This document shows positions 44,161-53,124 of a stretch of DNA of 61,827 nt, piece by piece. The first letter of the stretch is position 1; every line of letters starts with the position of its first letter. The stretch is from Acutalibacteraceae bacterium. GTDB taxonomy: Bacteria > Bacillota > Clostridia > Oscillospirales > Acutalibacteraceae. A program made the position numbers and the translations under genes. Under the pieces are notes generated by a model, which was not told where the DNA came from, searched no databases, and saw only the letters and a program-made list of their open reading frames with translations. The stretch is taken from the NCBI GenBank assembly GCA_045637065.1, contig JAZTYQ010000010.1, positions 1 to 61,827 of the forward strand, given 5' to 3'.

Positions 44161-44470
44161 CTACGGCAACAGAAGAAAGGACAACTGGGGCGGTACATTA
44201 GAAAACCGTTGCAGAATAGTTGAGCTTATAATCAAAGGCATCAAGGAGAAAACAAATCTCCCCGTATGGATTAAGGTCAGCGATATGCAGGACATCATCT
44301 CATCAGGCAAAGCAGATTTCGTTTCCATGTGCAGACCCTTCATCTGCGAAGGCGACCTTGCAAAGAAGCTTAAAAAAGGACAGACTGAAGCAAAGTGCAT
44401 AATGTGCAACTACTGCGGTCTTGTAATTGAAAAAGAACCCACCCGCTGTCTTTACGGCAAGGTGAGGTAA
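44153..44470 (+). pseudogene. Internally deleted remnant of an OYE-family NADH:flavin oxidoreductase gene
   Basis: The 105-aa ORF SPYGNRRKDNWGGTLENRCRIVELIIKGIKEKTNLPVWIKVS|DMQDIISSGKADFVSMCRPFICEGDLAKKLKKG...CIMCNYC joins two distant OYE motifs: NxRxDxxGGxxENR and the C-terminal ADxVxxxRPxIxxPDL...CxxC. The first 180 aa or so and the central barrel are missing. Confidence 0.65.
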
Positions 44471-44475
44471 ACAAA

Positions 44476-44508
44476 AAGGCTGTCATACGCTGACAGCCTT
44501 TTGATTTT
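44476..44508. terminator. Bidirectional rho-independent terminator between convergent genes
   Basis: aaggctgtca-tacgc-tgacagcctt is a 10-bp stem flanked by an A-run and a T-run. Confidence 0.8.
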
Positions 44509-44537
44509 AATGGGATGGGGTAACTATGAAAGGACAT

Positions 44538-46253
44538 TTATTCATTATCTGACTTCTTCTGTCTGATAAGATTTCTCATGCCTACGAAGCTTGTATCGAG
44601 AAGTGATTTGCCCACAGGAACGATGTAAGCTTCATTATGCTGGCAACCGCTTGTAACAACTGCAATGCTTTCTTTGAGATATTCAACAGTCTCAGTTGAG
44701 AAGAGTCCGGCACATCTGAACACTTTTTTAGTTTCCTGTGAAGAGATAACGCCTACGATATCCTCATAGAAGAATTCACGGATACCTTCACTGAAAATCT
44801 TACCTGTAACAATGTCAAGATACTGATAATATACATAAAGCTGTTCTTCGCCAAACATATAAACAGTGATTGCGGGCAGAGAAACTCTTACATTATTATC
44901 TGTACCGAGTCTGAAGCGGAGTGAGGGATTAAACTTTTCAAGTTTCTGGATTTCCTTAGGATTGATATATGAATCCTTTTCAAACTTGTTATAAACCTTA
45001 TATCCAAAGAATGCTGAAAGTGCTATAGCGCCGATTGCAGGGATAAAGAATGCTGCGCCAAAAATAAGACTGATAGCACCGTAAATTGCTGCTGCAACAG
45101 CACCCAGGAGTACTGTTCCGATATAAGTGAACACACTTGCAGTTTTTGCAAGACCACCGGCTGCTTTCTTGCCTAAGTCTGATTCATAGGTTGCAATACC
45201 GTTGAGTACAACAGGATCCACCTTATCAATCTGTTCTGCAACGATATTAAGCTTTTCAAGGGCTTTTTCCTTTGCTTCTTCAACCTTGATCTGAAGTTCT
45301 TCATCATATGCTGCTTCACAGGATGCCTTATCAAAAGCATCTTTCTTGGTAAAACTCATAACGATGCCTACAAGAATAATGATAATACCTGCAATGGGGA
45401 AAAGGATCTGGCTGGCAGATTCGCCGTTTCTGAGATTTTCTAATTTTTTCTCAGCTTTTTCAACTTTTGCATATGCCTTCTCATATTTTGCAAAAATCTC
45501 ATCGAGAGCTGCTTTTTCAGCCTTATACTTATCGTTTTCTGCTACCTCAACGTCTGTATCATGTGAAAAAACGCAGGTGTCACCCTCAACGTATTCCTCA
45601 TAAAGCGCCTCATATTCACCCATAAGCTTGTCAGCTGTTGCCTTGAGTTTTATAAGCTTTTGGCCGGTGCCGCTCTTGTCAACCTCAGCCTGAACTTTTT
45701 GGTAAGCTTTAAGAGCATTGTTATATTCTCTTTTTTCATCATCATACCAGTCATAACTACTAATTGTTGCTTCTTCACCTAAAGTACAACCTAGACGATA
45801 CTGATGTTTGGAATAAAGTCTGCTGCATTCACTCCAACGACTTGCTAAAGTTTTACCGATTTTAGTTTTAGCCAGTGCCGCTTCAGTATCCTTTACTTTG
45901 GCATCAGCGTCGTTGTACTTTTTAAGAGCCACATTGTAAGCTTCTTTTTCTGCTGTATTTCTGTCATTTTCTACAATTTCAGCTTCTTCATATTCTTCAC
46001 AGAAGAAATTGAGTGCAGGATCTTCCTTATATGTATAATAAAGATCTTCGTATTCTGTTTCGATTTCATCACACTTTGCTTCAAGCTTATTAAGCTTTTC
46101 TCTTGCGCTGTCAACTTTAGCTAAATTTGTCTGCCCTACCACAAGACCCATAATAACAAACAGGATACCAACAACAACTATATACTGCTGGAATACAGTG
46201 CTTGCACCATGGAAATAAGAATAGATTTTTGATTGTCTGACTTCTTTGTTCAT
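44538..46253 (-). CDS. Membrane protein with duplicated extracytoplasmic/cytoplasmic coiled-coil module (hypothetical)
   Basis: 571 aa. An N-terminal TM segment is followed by two related helical repeats of about 110 aa (KLEAKCDEIETEYEDLYYTYKEDP...AEIVENDRNTAEKEAYNVALKKYNDADAKVKDTEAAL versus KLKATADKLMGEYEALYEEYVEGD...VEVAENDKYKAEKAALDEIFAKYEKAYAKVEKAEKKL). These are followed by further TM segments and a C-terminal globular region. Confidence 0.6.
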   Translation of the reverse strand: MNKEVRQSKIYSYFHGASTVFQQYIVVVGILFVIMGLVVGQTNLAKVDSAREKLNKLEAKCDEIETEYEDLYYTYKEDPALNFFCEEYEEAEIVENDRNTAEKEAYNVALKKYNDADAKVKDTEAALAKTKIGKTLASRWSECSRLYSKHQYRLGCTLGEEATISSYDWYDDEKREYNNALKAYQKVQAEVDKSGTGQKLIKLKATADKLMGEYEALYEEYVEGDTCVFSHDTDVEVAENDKYKAEKAALDEIFAKYEKAYAKVEKAEKKLENLRNGESASQILFPIAGIIIILVGIVMSFTKKDAFDKASCEAAYDEELQIKVEEAKEKALEKLNIVAEQIDKVDPVVLNGIATYESDLGKKAAGGLAKTASVFTYIGTVLLGAVAAAIYGAISLIFGAAFFIPAIGAIALSAFFGYKVYNKFEKDSYINPKEIQKLEKFNPSLRFRLGTDNNVRVSLPAITVYMFGEEQLYVYYQYLDIVTGKIFSEGIREFFYEDIVGVISSQETKKVFRCAGLFSTETVEYLKESIAVVTSGCQHNEAYIVPVGKSLLDTSFVGMRNLIRQKKSDNE

Positions 46254-46318
46254 AAAAATTCTCCTTTTTTTCTTCTTTATATGAAACCATCTGCTTTCAC
46301 AAATGATTTATATACCTT

Positions 46319-46879
46319 TTATATTTCCGTCGGTCTTTCAGCTCCTAATATATCGTACAAATCGTTTATATCAGCCTGAGATAAACCGATATCGGTTCCT
46401 TTTTCATATAACTCCTTATAGTTCGGTGACACCTTATAAAACTTCCTGAAATGATGGTCAAGTCTTATATATGACCAGAAGTAATAATAAATACCCTTTG
46501 GTTCGATAGCTATTGCTGCCCCTAAATATTCCTCCGCTTTTTTTATAGTAGCGGGAGAAACAAGAAAGGGTCGTTTGCCTTTAAACACTGAAACAGCCGC
46601 AAAAAAATGAGCATCGGGGTTGTTAAAATCGTCTGCAATAACCGCTTCATATACAGCTAAAGCCCTGTCATAAAGTTTTGCTTTTAAAAATCCGTATGCC
46701 GATGACATATTGTGATTGCTGACCCGACGTGAAGAAAGCTCTGCATTGCCACAAATAACAGGTGAAGCAAAATTATTTATCTCACGGATTACAACAGGAG
46801 ATAAGCAATATTCGCACTGCTTCATATCCCTCGAAACCGTCGCCCCACAATTCGGACATTTAAGAGCTTCAATAATCAT
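46319..46879 (-). CDS. Zinc-ribbon protein with helical (TPR/Sel1-like) C-terminal region (hypothetical)
   Basis: 186 aa. CPNCGATVSRDMKQCEYC is a CxxC...CxxC ribbon. The gene lies 65 nt upstream of, and is co-oriented with, the 571-aa membrane protein gene. Confidence 0.55.
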   Translation of the reverse strand: MIIEALKCPNCGATVSRDMKQCEYCLSPVVIREINNFASPVICGNAELSSRRVSNHNMSSAYGFLKAKLYDRALAVYEAVIADDFNNPDAHFFAAVSVFKGKRPFLVSPATIKKAEEYLGAAIAIEPKGIYYYFWSYIRLDHHFRKFYKVSPNYKELYEKGTDIGLSQADINDLYDILGAERPTEI

Positions 46880-47039
46880 CAGATTAACCTCGCAAATATG
46901 ATATGTTTAAATATTGGCACTTATTTTTCTTAAAGTCAACCTGTAAACATCATTCTGATATGATTCTTTATCAAGGTTTAGAAATATCTCCATTAAAATA
47001 AAAAATTGACAAGTATCCCCCTTAGACAATAACGTTGCC

Positions 47040-47460
47040 CTAAGAGCACTTCGTTGTTCCGTAGGCACACTTCATTGGTGAAGCCGCTTCCTTTGCCGTA
47101 AGGCAGCTTGATTTTATGTCCGCTTTACGGAGAATGAAGTTGACAGAAAGCTGTCAAATGAAGTGCTCGCTTTGCTCGTAACACAGTTATGTCCTGCGGA
47201 CATAAATAAAAAAATCCAAGTCCCGAGACTTGGATTTTTCTGGTGCAAATGACAATAACGGATGTGCTTAAATTTCTTAATGAAATATTTTTCTTACGAA
47301 AAATATTTCATAATCCTGCGGATTATGAAATATTCGAGATAAACTCGAATATGAAATAAAATAAATCCCCAATACGCCACAGCGTATTTCATAGCGTCAG
47401 CTATTTCATATGCGACAGCATATTTCGCAAATCCCGCAAGGGATTTATTTCATTAAAAAA
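47040..47460. repeat. Extended mini-hairpin arrays (family E variants: ...ATGAAGT/ACTTCAT and ATTTCAT spacers)
   Basis: The stretch 47280-47460 reads aatcc-tgc-ggatt atgaaatatt; cgag-ataaa-ctcg aatatgaaata; acgc-cac-agcgt atttcat; agcg-tca-gct atttcat; atgc-gac-agcat atttc; aaatccc-gca-agggattt atttcat. The stretch 47040-47215 reads gttgacag-aaa-gctgtcaa atgaagtg; atgtcc-tgc-ggacat, and similar units. Confidence 0.65.
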
Positions 47461-47480
47461 AGCACTTCCTAAGAAGTGCT
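47453..47480 (-). terminator. Rho-independent terminator downstream of the tRNA pair
   Basis: On the minus strand: agcacttc-ttag-gaagtgct followed by TTTTTTTT. Confidence 0.75.
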
Positions 47481-47486
47481 TTTTTC

Positions 47487-47571
<85 letters not shown>

Positions 47572-47583
47572 ATATTAAAAAAC

Positions 47584-47659
47584 TGGAGCTGGTGGACGGA
47601 CTCGAACCCCCGACCTGCTGATTACAAATCAGCTGCTCTACCAACTGAGCTACACCAGC
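47584..47659 (-). tRNA. tRNA-Thr (anticodon UGU), CCA encoded
   Basis: The reverse complement is GCTGGTGTAGCTCAGTTGGTAGAGCAGCTGATTTGTAATCAGCAGGTCGGGGGTTCGAGTCCGTCCACCAGCTCCA. It has acceptor GCTGGTG/CACCAGC, D-arm GCTC-AGTTGGTA-GAGC and anticodon arm GCTGA-TTTGTAA-TCAGC. The T-stem has one G:U and one G/G mismatch. Confidence 0.85.
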
Positions 47660-47843
47660 TTATACGCTATCTGCGAGTTATCTCTCGCCGAATGCTTGAA
47701 TATAATAGCATAAGCGAAAGAATATGTCAATACTTTTTTTCAAAATTTTTTTGAGTTTTTTCAAGGAATTTGACAAACATTTGCCGTTGTGATATAAAGG
47801 AATAAAAGAACCGGATATTAGCTTTATTAAGGAGGATGTCAGC

Positions 47844-48218
47844 ATGGACGTAAATGAATTCAGAGTCATGTGGTTGCAGATTTTTGCAAAAGATATACCT
47901 CAGGATGATATAAATAAGTATGTAATAAGGACAGGTAACCTTATCTGGCATGTTTTTTCATGGAATTTAACAGATAAAAAGAAATATTCAGTTGGTAAAG
48001 CTGCTAAGGAGGCTTTTGATAAAGAGGATAAAAGAGGAGCCTTATACCTTGATTGGTTCCAAGATGCCCCATGCAAAACTATCACCCATAACCTTGATTG
48101 TGCCGAAGCATTTGATAACTTTGTGGAGGTTTACGTTGTTGCTAAAGATTGGTCGTGGACATATATAAAGACTCACGAGCCTGATTTTGGACCTTACTTT
48201 ATGAAAATTAATCCATAA
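47844..48218 (+). CDS. Hypothetical cytoplasmic protein (DUF4275-like, tentative)
   Basis: 124 aa, RBS AAGGAGGATG. The family is recalled only from the ...WSWTYIKTHE.DFGPYF C-terminal pattern. Confidence 0.5.
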   Translation: MDVNEFRVMWLQIFAKDIPQDDINKYVIRTGNLIWHVFSWNLTDKKKYSVGKAAKEAFDKEDKRGALYLDWFQDAPCKTITHNLDCAEAFDNFVEVYVVAKDWSWTYIKTHEPDFGPYFMKINP

Positions 48219-48234
48219 TTTTTTCAAAAAACTA

Positions 48235-48263
48235 TTGCATATTCCGCTTTACTGTGATATAAT
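48235..48263 (+). promoter_or_regulatory. Sigma-A-type promoter driving the glycine riboswitch leader
   Basis: TTGCAT (48235-48240), 17 nt spacer, TGaTATAAT (extended -10; hexamer 48258-48263). Confidence 0.6.
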
Positions 48264-48289
48264 CCGTTAAAATTTAATAATTCCCGATG

Positions 48290-48410
48290 AAGCTCTGAGA
48301 ATTGCTGCGGCGAAACTGAGAGTGAAGGGAACTCTGGAGAATCTCTTAAATGAGTGCCGAAGGTGCAAGGGTAAAACCGAATCTCTCAGGCAAAAGGATA
48401 GAGTTGAAAT
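48290..48410 (+). promoter_or_regulatory. Glycine riboswitch (single aptamer with upstream ghost-aptamer-like segment)
   Basis: Conserved aptamer blocks are present: actCTGGAGAatctc...gtGCCGAAGGtGCAAg...cgaatCTCTCAGGCAAAAGGAtagag. The element lies in the 5' leader of an alanine/glycine:cation symporter gene, a known regulon member. Confidence 0.8.
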
Positions 48411-48456
48411 AATTGTGACTTGTCATATTCTGCAATAAGTTTGCATATTTTTCTTC

Positions 48457-48488
48457 AGAGTTGCCTTTTGGCAACTCTTTTATTTTTC
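48457..48488 (+). terminator. Riboswitch expression-platform terminator
   Basis: agagttgcc-tttt-ggcaactct followed by TTTATTTTT, 40 nt before the symporter start codon. Confidence 0.75.
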
Positions 48489-48525
48489 CTTGTTCTCCTA
48501 AAAAATTAAAAAAGGAGTGTTTTTT

Positions 48526-49902
48526 ATGGACGCAGTACTTTCAATAGTACAAAAAATCAATTTTTATCTCTCAGACTACATACTCGTTTTTCTTCTTGTG
48601 GGTACGGGTCTGTTCTTCACCGTAAGAACCCGTTTTGTGCAGGTACGCTGCTTCGGTGAAGGTCTCAAGCAGGTCTTCGGCGGAATCTTCTCCAAAGACA
48701 AAAATGCAGGCGGTATCAGCTCCTTCCAGGCTCTCGCAACCGCGATTGCAGCTCAGGTAGGTACAGGTAATATCGTAGGTGCCTGCGGTGCTATTCTCAT
48801 CGGTGGTCCCGGTGCTATTTTCTGGATGTGGATAATTGCCTTCTTCGGCATGGCTACTATCTACGCCGAAGCAGTTTTAGCTCAGGAAACAAGAGAAGTT
48901 CAGCCTGACGGCACAATTGCAGGCGGTCCCATCTTCTATATCAAAAAAGCTTTCCCCGGCAAAATCGGCAAGGCTCTTTCTGTTTTCTTCTCATTTGCAA
49001 CCTTCCTCGCTCTCGGCTTTATGGGCGCTATGGTACAGTCAAACTCCATCAGCTCATCCTGCTACACAGCTTTCGGCATCCCCAACTGGATTACAGGTCT
49101 TATCATCGCTTCCCTGGCGGGACTTGTCTTCCTGGGCGGCGTTAAGCGTCTCGCTTCCGTAACAGAAAAGCTCGTACCCATTATGGCTCTGCTTTATATC
49201 GGCGGCAGCCTCGTCATCCTTATTATGAGAGCAAAATATCTGCCCGAAACCTTCGCAATGATTTTCAAATACGCCTTCAGACCCGATGCGCTCATCGGCG
49301 GCTCACTTGGCTATGCGCTTAAAACTGCTATCAGCCAGGGTGTTAAAAGAGGTCTTTTCTCAAACGAAGCAGGTATGGGTTCAACTCCCCACGCTCACGC
49401 TCTTGCAAATGTAAAGAAGCCTCACGACCAGGGCGTAAGCGCTATGATTGGCGTTTTTATCGACACCTTTGTTGTGCTGACTATGACTGCTCTTGTTGTT
49501 GTTTCAGTGCTTTATGCAGGTGACGGCATCCTTTCTTCAGGCGTTGCTCCCGATGGTGTAAGCAAAGCAAATATGGCTCAGCTTGCCTTCTCAGGTGTTT
49601 TCGGAGACACTGCAGGTAACAGCTTTGTGGCTATCTGCCTTCTCTTCTTCGCATTCTCAACTATCATCAGCTGGAACTACTTCGGTAAAATCAATGCGAC
49701 TGCCCTCTTCGGCAAGAAGTTTATACCCCTTTATATGATAATTGCGGTAGTCTTCACCTTCCTTGGCTCAGTTCTTTCAAACGACCTTGTCTGGGAGCTG
49801 ACAGATATGTTCAACCAGCTTATGGTTATCCCCAACGTGCCTGCACTTATTGCCCTTTCGGGTATAGTTGCAGCTGCAGCAACAGCTAAAAAGAAAAACT
49901 GA
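48526..49902 (+). CDS. Alanine/glycine:cation (sodium) symporter, AGCS family
   Basis: About 458 aa with a multi-TM profile. The sequence GISSFQALATAIAAQVGTGNIVGACGAILIGGPGAIFWMW is the hallmark AGCS motif. ATG 48526 lies 8 nt after AAAGGAG. Confidence 0.9.
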   Translation: MDAVLSIVQKINFYLSDYILVFLLVGTGLFFTVRTRFVQVRCFGEGLKQVFGGIFSKDKNAGGISSFQALATAIAAQVGTGNIVGACGAILIGGPGAIFWMWIIAFFGMATIYAEAVLAQETREVQPDGTIAGGPIFYIKKAFPGKIGKALSVFFSFATFLALGFMGAMVQSNSISSSCYTAFGIPNWITGLIIASLAGLVFLGGVKRLASVTEKLVPIMALLYIGGSLVILIMRAKYLPETFAMIFKYAFRPDALIGGSLGYALKTAISQGVKRGLFSNEAGMGSTPHAHALANVKKPHDQGVSAMIGVFIDTFVVLTMTALVVVSVLYAGDGILSSGVAPDGVSKANMAQLAFSGVFGDTAGNSFVAICLLFFAFSTIISWNYFGKINATALFGKKFIPLYMIIAVVFTFLGSVLSNDLVWELTDMFNQLMVIPNVPALIALSGIVAAAATAKKKN

Positions 49903-49929
49903 CTTCTTCTTCTCTCACTCATATATAAC

Positions 49930-49960
49930 GGAAAAGACCGTCTCTCAGAGGCGGTCTTTT
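49930..49960 (+). terminator. Rho-independent terminator
   Basis: aaaagaccg-(tctctcagag)-cggtctttt followed by a T-rich tract. Confidence 0.7.
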
Positions 49961-49984
49961 CTGTTCGTTATAAATATTTCTGAT

Positions 49985-50300
49985 TATAGAGCTATTTCGC
50001 CCTCGCCGGGCAGGCGTTCTTTTTGCTGCCGCACAAAAAGAACCAAAAATGCGTAGATGATTTGCCAAATACTGCTTTTGTGCGCTCTTGGGCTTCGGCG
50101 AGAAATTCTTCCGAGAATGGTGCAAGATGTCTTTTTCTTCGCTCCGAAGCTGTACGTCTGTACTGCGAGAGAGAAAAAAATGGCAAGCACAAAAGCTTAA
50201 GAGCCACGGTTCGATGCTGTGGCTCTTAATATAAAGTATAATAAAAATCACTTTTATTTTTGATTCATCACCACAAAAGAGCTTTTGTGCGCTCTTGGGC
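49985..50300. repeat. Intergenic repeat block (family C-related plus local direct repeat)
   Basis: cgccgggcaggcgttctttttgctgccgcacaaaaagaaccaaaaatgcgtagatg matches 61509-61565 and 3945-4000. The segment cttttgtgcgctcttgggct occurs twice (about 50075-50094 and 50282-50301). Confidence 0.7.
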
Positions 50301-50968
50301 TATTCTCGGGAGAATTTCAGTGCGTCTGTGGTGGAAAGAATAAGTATCTGACTGGGCAGATAGAATATCCATGTCATAACCTCAGCATTTCTTATCATAG
50401 CCTCACTGAAAATTGAAGGCTGCAGATTATGTATGCCCACACAGGCATCACAGCAGGCAAAAAGAACAATGCCTATTGCAAACCTTAAGTGTCTGGGCGA
50501 AGGGTTGTAAATCTGAAGCTCAAAGCCGTGGGCAAAGTTAACTGCAAAACAGCTTGCATATGCCACTGTTATTCCTATATCCACACTCTTGAGAAGTACC
50601 CCTGCAATTGTGCCGAGAATAAGGCCCGGAAGCCATCTTTTAAGCAGCTCGCCCACAAGAGGCTTACCGCTCATAAAAGAGAATCTTATTGTGTAGCAGG
50701 TCTGCACTATTATGAAAACACAAACACCTGCAACAAAGTTGCCTATGAGAATAAGGAACACATCTGCCAGCACCGTAAAGACAAATGCTGCCGTAACAAC
50801 CTTGTTGTCCTTCTGCTTGCCTGCATTAAGCCCCATAAGAGCAACGAGAGATATTGCAATAAACTTGACAATGTTTTCGCCCTCAATGCTCATAATATCC
50901 ATTGTGACAAAGGTGCAGAAAAGCACTGCCTCTATGGCAATAAAGATAATGCTCAGAGTTCTTTTCAT
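50300..50968 (-). CDS. YhhN-family (lysoplasmalogenase-like) integral membrane protein, tentative
   Basis: 222 aa with about 8 TM segments and the pattern TVLADVFLI...VQTCYTIRF. The family assignment rests on overall topology and recall. Confidence 0.5.
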   Translation of the reverse strand: MKRTLSIIFIAIEAVLFCTFVTMDIMSIEGENIVKFIAISLVALMGLNAGKQKDNKVVTAAFVFTVLADVFLILIGNFVAGVCVFIIVQTCYTIRFSFMSGKPLVGELLKRWLPGLILGTIAGVLLKSVDIGITVAYASCFAVNFAHGFELQIYNPSPRHLRFAIGIVLFACCDACVGIHNLQPSIFSEAMIRNAEVMTWIFYLPSQILILSTTDALKFSRE

Positions 50969-50983
50969 ATGTTCTCCCCCTCT

Positions 50984-52429
50984 TTATTCCACAGGAATTT
51001 CAAAAACATCTGCACTATACGGGATAATGACATCCTCTCTGTAGCCACTGTCATTTATATAGCAGAACATATAGCCGTCCTTTGTCAGAGTGCTTGCACA
51101 GTCATATAATTTTTCGCCCAGCTTTCCCACATCGTCGGGAATATCCTGAGTGTCGGTTGCATCCTCGCTGAGAAGTGCCGAGTAGTCATAACCGCAGTAA
51201 ATTCTGTAAAGAAGCTCTTCAATAAGCTGATAATCCTTGCCTATGATGCTGTCTTTATTTACATAGGCACCTGTTTCAGTGTCAAAAATATAACATTCAA
51301 CAGTTTTATTTGAGGGTACCACTGCCGAAGCGGTCAGTGATTCCTCACCTTCGGTTTTATATAAAGACTGGGTTTCGCTCACTTCGTTGCATACTGCAAT
51401 ATATGCCCCTGAGGTGTAGGTAACCTCTGCACTGTAATTGACTTCAAGGGGCAGCAGACTTTCCACGCCGCCCTGTTTCACATATTTCTTATACTGTGCA
51501 GTACTGTCCTGTGCAAGCTGATTATAATAAGATAACACGCTATCATAGAAACGGTTTGCCTCAAGCTCACCTGCCGTGTCACCATAAAAGACGGGATATT
51601 GGAGCGTATAACGGCAGTACAAAACGCCTTTGTCCGTTTTTCCCTCAATAACCTTAGTTTTCATATCATAGTCAAAAAGACTGTTATTTTCCTGCTTTAT
51701 CATAATGCCCATCTGATCGAAAACAGGCGTGGTAGATACGGACTGGATTTTCCACTGACCCTGAGCGTCGGGCTTGCCTGCAATAACATAAAGATTTTTG
51801 TCACCGACAGTGCAGGAAATATAATATCTGCCGTCCTGTATTCTCTTGCTTGAGGTTATATCCGCTTTCACAGAAGATATTTCCTGCCCCTCATCGCCGA
51901 GAGCAAAATAGTAGTTGCCGTCATAATAATAAATGTCCTTGGTGTTTACCGTGTGGTCTGCAACCACCTCAAACTGAGAGAGTATTTCATCAATCTGACT
52001 GCCTGCAATTTTACAATAGGAATAATTGCCTTCACCGTCATTAAATCTTTCAGCAGGGTCTGCCTGAGTTTCCGCCTGAGCTTTTTCAAAGCCGTTAACA
52101 GCATAAAGACCGTCTTTTGCATAAGGTCTGATATAAGTCAGCAGCTGAGCCGCATCGAAGTTTTTTTCATTATATTCCATGTCAGCAAGAGGATAAATCT
52201 TGCCGAGCTGACTTTCCAGCTCAGCCTCCTCTGCGCCTGAAAGCACAAGGGCAACTGCCTTGACTTCACTTTCCTGCTTGAAAACATCAGTGAATGCGCT
52301 TATGCCAACGGTACCGCAAAGACACAGAGCCACAAGACACATCAGCACCACTGTGCCCGTCTTTGCTTTTTTTTCACTTTTTTGCTGTTTTGCTCTCATA
52401 TCAGCATTTCTTTTTTTCATTTCAATCAT
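50984..52429 (-). CDS. Membrane-anchored extracytoplasmic hypothetical protein
   Basis: 481 aa with a basic N-terminus, a single TM segment (GTVVLMCLVALCLCGTVGISAF) and a large beta-rich ectodomain. Confidence 0.6.
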   Translation of the reverse strand: MIEMKKRNADMRAKQQKSEKKAKTGTVVLMCLVALCLCGTVGISAFTDVFKQESEVKAVALVLSGAEEAELESQLGKIYPLADMEYNEKNFDAAQLLTYIRPYAKDGLYAVNGFEKAQAETQADPAERFNDGEGNYSYCKIAGSQIDEILSQFEVVADHTVNTKDIYYYDGNYYFALGDEGQEISSVKADITSSKRIQDGRYYISCTVGDKNLYVIAGKPDAQGQWKIQSVSTTPVFDQMGIMIKQENNSLFDYDMKTKVIEGKTDKGVLYCRYTLQYPVFYGDTAGELEANRFYDSVLSYYNQLAQDSTAQYKKYVKQGGVESLLPLEVNYSAEVTYTSGAYIAVCNEVSETQSLYKTEGEESLTASAVVPSNKTVECYIFDTETGAYVNKDSIIGKDYQLIEELLYRIYCGYDYSALLSEDATDTQDIPDDVGKLGEKLYDCASTLTKDGYMFCYINDSGYREDVIIPYSADVFEIPVE

Positions 52430-52443
52430 ATCCTTTTGAAAGT

Positions 52444-53124
52444 TTAAATCAATTCAAGGAGCTGTGTGATTTCTTCAATCTCAGCGGCAACACCTTCTGC
52501 GCCGAGACCCCTTCCTTTAAAGTCGCCGTAATTCATTCTCACGGCCTGCATATCTGCACCAAGAGCGCCCTGAATATCATTTACGGGATGGTCGCCCACA
52601 AAGAGAGCCTCTTCGTTTTTAACGCCTGCACGTCTTATAGCCTCGTCGAAAATGCGGCGGTCGGGCTTATAGATGCCGATATCACCTGAGACCACAACAA
52701 CGTCAAACATATCTCTGATACCTGCAGTGTCAAGCTTGATATTCTGCAGCGAAGACACGCCGTTTGTGATGCAGCCTAAAACGTAGCCTCTTTTCTTAAT
52801 CTCTTTAAGCACGTCAATTGCGCCGTCGAGCATAACGATGTGCTTGCCGAAATCATAGTTGAAGGAATCGTAAAGTTCCTGCAGAGGCGGGTGGTTTTCC
52901 CACTGCCAGAGGTCAATCATTTCAGGGAAATAGACCTCTCTGTCTTTATAGCCGCCGTCAACATGCTCTTCCATTTCGTCAAGCTTTATCAGTCTTTCTT
53001 CTTCGCTTATGTGGGGGAAGTATTTATCGAGAAAGCTCTCGCAATAAAGTCTGTAAGCTCCCTTTCTGCTCTGAAGTGTATCGTCAAAATCAAAAAATAT
53101 TGCTTTTACATTTAATTTAGCCAT
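52444..53124 (-). CDS. HAD-superfamily hydrolase (subfamily IA)
   Basis: Motif I IFFDFDDTL, motif II ITNG and motif IV FVGDHPVNDIQGA are present. Confidence 0.85.
   Translation of the reverse strand: MAKLNVKAIFFDFDDTLQSRKGAYRLYCESFLDKYFPHISEEERLIKLDEMEEHVDGGYKDREVYFPEMIDLWQWENHPPLQELYDSFNYDFGKHIVMLDGAIDVLKEIKKRGYVLGCITNGVSSLQNIKLDTAGIRDMFDVVVVSGDIGIYKPDRRIFDEAIRRAGVKNEEALFVGDHPVNDIQGALGADMQAVRMNYGDFKGRGLGAEGVAAEIEEITQLLELI

Noticed and set aside
47040-47460. A possible CRISPR array, given the many short repeated hairpins here and at 19378-19475 and 14495-14545.
   Set aside because: The constant part is only a 7-nt motif and the units are 16-22 nt. There are no unique spacers of regular length and no leader or cas genes in the window. 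It is reported as a repeat family instead.
20856-47486. A search for an integrase, transposase, relaxase, or att direct repeats bounding the accessory region.
   Set aside because: None was recognisable by eye in any frame. The absence is reported, but it cannot be proven without similarity searches.
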